A stretch of DNA of 37,894 bases, taken from assembly GCA_903910565.1 (NCBI GenBank), contig CAIWAJ010000459.1, positions 1 through 37,894 on the forward strand, read 5' to 3'. This document shows positions 35,511 through 37,894 of this stretch, one piece after another. The notes under the pieces were generated by a model. It was not told the origin of the DNA and searched no databases. It worked only from the letters and a program-made list of their open reading frames with translations. This DNA comes from an uncultured Rhodospirillales bacterium. Its GTDB lineage: Bacteria; Pseudomonadota; Alphaproteobacteria; Acetobacterales; Acetobacteraceae. Positions within the stretch are counted from its first letter, which is position 1. Every line of letters begins with the position of its first letter. Position numbers and translations under genes: made by a program.

Positions 35511-35667
35511 TCAATCCTCCTTGTTTCCAGGCCCCGCCCCGTTCCCACCTGAGCCTGTGCGATCGCATGCAGCAGAACTCCCGTAACGGGTGGGGCAGCC
35601 AGACCTGAGGAGAGTATTGAATGTGTTTTGCGCAACCCGCAATTGCCCAAAGCGGGGTCGCATGGCA

Positions 35668-35698
35668 TTTTCGAAACACTGTGGCGGATATGCCACAG
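35668..35698 (-). terminator. Hairpin plus T-rich tail downstream of the ThiE-like gene
   Basis: On the minus strand, CTGTGGC-ATATCC-GCCACAG is followed by TGTTTCGAAAAT. It starts 4 nt after the stop. Confidence 0.4.
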
Positions 35699-35701
35699 CC
35701 G

Positions 35702-36274
35702 TCAGGCCAAGGCCCCGATCGCCCCCGCCGCCCGGCACCCCCGGAGCCGCCGCACCGTCCGCCCATCCACCCCCCCCAACGCCGCCACCGCCATCCCCCC
35801 GCCAAACCGGCGCGCCGCCCCCATCCAGCGCACCGCGCCAAGCCCCGCCGCGCCCGGATGGGTCGCCGTCGCGAAGGCCGGCGACAGGAACACGACATCC
35901 GCCCCCGCCCGCCGCGCCCGCACCAGCTCCGCCGCCGAATGGGCCGAACTCGTCACCATCCCCCAGCGCCCCCCGATGCGCCGCCCGCCGCGCAAATGCA
36001 CCCCCACCCCCAATGCCGCCGCCAGCCGCCAATCCCCCGCCACCACCAGCACCAGCCGCCGCGCCCGGCACACACGGGCGAGCCGCTTCCCCAGCGCCGC
36101 CCGGCCAGCCGCCCCATCATGGCGGAACACCACGCCACACAGCCCGGCCGGCAGCCGCGCCACCGCGGCAACCGGGTCCGGCAGCCGCACTTCATCGGTG
36201 AACAACCACAGCGGCGGAATTCCCCGCCCCGCGGACTTGACCGCGCGCCCCCATGCGACAAGTTTGCGGTCCAT
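35702..36274 (-). CDS. Thiamine-phosphate synthase (ThiE/TenI) family protein
   Basis: 190 aa from ATG 36274 (GGAGGA 4 nt upstream). LWLFTDE..., HLRG..., SAHS..E...A...GADVVFLSPAF.T.THPG..., the ThiE-fold pattern. The 509-aa track ORF is a chimera with the antisense of yggS. Confidence 0.7.
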   Translation of the reverse strand: MDRKLVAWGRAVKSAGRGIPPLWLFTDEVRLPDPVAAVARLPAGLCGVVFRHDGAAGRAALGKRLARVCRARRLVLVVAGDWRLAAALGVGVHLRGGRRIGGRWGMVTSSAHSAAELVRARRAGADVVFLSPAFATATHPGAAGLGAVRWMGAARRFGGGMAVAALGGVDGRTVRRLRGCRAAGAIGALA

Positions 36275-36301
36275 CGATCCTCCGGCCGGAAGCATCAGCC
36301 C

Positions 36302-36979
36302 ATGGACAATATATATAGTGTGGTCGCCGGCAACCTCGCCCGCATCCAGGACCGTATCGCCACCGCCGCCACCCGCGCCGGCCGCCACCCGGAGGACATC
36401 ACCTTGGTGGCCGTCTCCAAAATTCACCCCGCCGAGGCCGTCCTCGCCGCGCTCGCCGCCGGCCAGCGCCATTTCGGCGAAAACCGCGTGCAGGAAGCCG
36501 CCGGCAAATTCCCCGATCTGCGCGCCGCCCACCCGGCCATGCGCCTGCACATCATCGGCGGCCTGCAAACCAACAAGGCGCGCGACGCCGTGCGCCTCGC
36601 CGACGTCATCGAAAGCATGGACCGCCCCCGCCTGGCCGACGCCATTGCCGACGCCATCGCCCGCGAGGGCCGCACGCCCGAGCTGCTCATCCAGGTCAAT
36701 GTCGGCGCCGAGGACCAGAAATCCGGCGTCGGCCGCACCGATGCCGATGCTTTCATCGCCGACTGCAAATCCCGCTTCGGCGCCGCGCTCACCGGCCTGA
36801 TGTGCATCCACCCCGTCGAGGAAGACCCCGCCCCCCATTTCGACTGGCTGGCCGATCGCGCCGCCCGCCATGGCCTGAAAGTGGTGTCGATGGGCATGTC
36901 CGGCGATTTCGAAACCGCCATCGCCCACGGCGCCACCCATGTCCGCGTCGGCACCGCCATTTTCGGCAGCCGCGCCTGA
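36302..36979 (+). CDS. yggS: YggS-family pyridoxal-phosphate homeostasis protein
   Basis: 225 aa from ATG 36302. LVAVSKIHP (PLP Lys), FGENRVQE, HIIGGLQTNK, SMGMSGDFE.AI..G.T.VRVG..IFG. Confidence 0.9.
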   Translation: MDNIYSVVAGNLARIQDRIATAATRAGRHPEDITLVAVSKIHPAEAVLAALAAGQRHFGENRVQEAAGKFPDLRAAHPAMRLHIIGGLQTNKARDAVRLADVIESMDRPRLADAIADAIAREGRTPELLIQVNVGAEDQKSGVGRTDADAFIADCKSRFGAALTGLMCIHPVEEDPAPHFDWLADRAARHGLKVVSMGMSGDFETAIAHGATHVRVGTAIFGSRA

Positions 36980-37096
36980 GCACCGTCGCCCGCCGCCGAT
37001 GAACACCAGCCATGCCGGCGCCCGCTTGCACCCGTCATGGCCGAAGCGTATCGAGCGCCGCCGAGTGCCGGCCCCGGCACGACATGGAGCCACAGC

Positions 37097-37894
37097 ATGA
37101 CCACTGCGACCGCCGACGCCGCCCACCCGGCCGGCCCCGTCAAACTCGCGGCGTTTCTTGGCGTGCTCGGCGTCGTCTACGGTGACATCGGCACCAGCCC
37201 GCTCTATGCCCTGAAGGCGAGCCTTGAGCACTTCAAGGAAGGCGGCATGGCCCGCGCCGACGTGCTCGGCGTGCTCTCGCTGATCCTGTGGTCACTCATC
37301 CTGGTGGTCACCGTCAAATACGTCCTCCTCGTCATGCGCGCCGATAACCGGGGCGAAGGCGGCATCCTCGCGCTGATGACCCTCGCCCAGCGCGGCGCCA
37401 CCGGCCCGAAGATGACGCGCGTGCTCGCCATGATCGGCATCTGCGGCGCCGGCCTGTTCTTCGGCGACGGCATGATCACGCCGGCGATCTCGGTTCTCTC
37501 CGCCGTCGAGGGCCTGGAGATCGCCGCCCCGCGCTTCCAGGAATTCGTGCTGCCGCTCTCGGTCGTCATCATCCTCGGCTTGTTCCTGGTGCAATACCGC
37601 GGCACCGCGACCATCGGCCGGCTGTTCGGCCCGATCATGATCCTGTGGTTCGCCGTCATCGGCCTCCTCGGCGCCAGGGCGATCATCGGCAACCCCGAGG
37701 TGCTGCTGGCGATCTCGCCCACCTACGGCATCGCGGTGCTGTTCCGCCACGGCTACCTCGCCTTCCTCGTGCTCGGCTCGGTGGTGCTGTGCGTCACCGG
37801 CGCCGAGGCGCTCTACGCCGACATGGGGCATTTCGGCCGCCGCCCGATCCAGCTCGCCTGGCTGTTCCTCGTGCTGCCCTGCCTGCTCCTCAAC
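37097..37894 (+). CDS. kup: Potassium uptake protein Kup, N-terminal part (continues beyond the right edge)
   Basis: Not in the track because there is no stop. ATG 37097 gives [40 protein letters not shown]...[11 protein letters not shown]...[19 protein letters not shown]...[14 protein letters not shown], the KUP/HAK family signature. Confidence 0.9.
   Translation, partial: MTTATADAAHPAGPVKLAAFLGVLGVVYGDIGTSPLYALKASLEHFKEGGMARADVLGVLSLILWSLILVVTVKYVLLVMRADNRGEGGILALMTLAQRGATGPKMTRVLAMIGICGAGLFFGDGMITPAISVLSAVEGLEIAAPRFQEFVLPLSVVIILGLFLVQYRGTATIGRLFGPIMILWFAVIGLLGARAIIGNPEVLLAISPTYGIAVLFRHGYLAFLVLGSVVLCVTGAEALYADMGHFGRRPIQLAWLFLVLPCLLLN

Noticed and set aside
33996-35552. 518-aa plus-strand ORF opposite the porin gene
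   Set aside because: The minus strand encodes a porin with a signal peptide, beta-strand pattern and C-terminal Trp. The plus-strand product is low-complexity Arg/Gly/Ala/Val.
35618-35650. TTGCG-CAACC-CGCAA inverted repeat (and TTGCGCAA palindrome) upstream of the porin gene as an FNR/FixK-type box
   Set aside because: It reads TTG-N9-CAA, whereas the FNR/CRP-family consensus is TTG-N8-CAA (TTGAT-N4-ATCAA). The half-sites also differ from the consensus.
36275-36301. TPP riboswitch upstream of the thiE-like gene
   Set aside because: Only 27 bp separate it from the divergent yggS start, which leaves no room for a roughly 100-nt aptamer.
35621-37231. Very long overlapping ORFs (452 aa plus strand, 509 aa minus strand, and Pro/Gly-rich ORFs at 35511-36201)
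   Set aside because: These are chimeras of real genes (thiE-like 35702-36274 minus, yggS 36302-36979 plus) with antisense read-through in roughly 75-80% GC DNA (estimated by eye). Only the segments with recognisable family motifs and RBS-supported starts were kept.

Overview
High-GC alphaproteobacterial chromosome, about 65-75% G+C in hand-sampled 60-nt lines, with a lower-GC stretch at roughly 15.5-27 kb. The gene content fits a Rhodospirillales/Acetobacteraceae-like organism, but that is only an inference. The window looks like the replication-origin neighbourhood. It contains ileS-ribF, rpmH-rnpA-yidD-yidC-engB, and maf-PDRP(DUF299) divergent from hemE-hemH-(HAD)-hemJ. That divergent pair is the classic alphaproteobacterial hemE|ori|RP001 arrangement. 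It also contains a long minus-strand string, ferredoxin-mnmE-mnmG-rsmG-parA-parB, with two parS sites at the mnmG/rsmG junction. I call 44 CDS. Two of them (ileS at the left edge, kup at the right edge) run off the window and are missing from the ORF track. Many long track ORFs are antisense shadows typical of high-GC DNA. Several starts are GTG or TTG (rpmH, engB, rsmG, parA, mnmE, ogt, the Na/Pi transporter and the phosphatase). I found no tRNA, rRNA, CRISPR array, transposase, integrase or recognisable defence genes. The most unusual signal is non-genic. It is a family of ~130-bp AT-rich nested-palindrome elements, with 4 full copies and 1 solo arm. They sit in intergenic spacers against stop codons, and their internal hairpins show compensatory base changes. 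Secondary points are a candidate oriC, parS sites embedded in a stop/start overlap, a tight cytochrome b561-phosphatase-Kdo hydroxylase-Na/Pi transporter cluster, a DHp-only membrane protein convergent with an orphan CheZ-like gene, and a HAD gene translationally coupled inside the heme operon. All coordinates were counted by hand. No similarity searches, folding or statistics were run.
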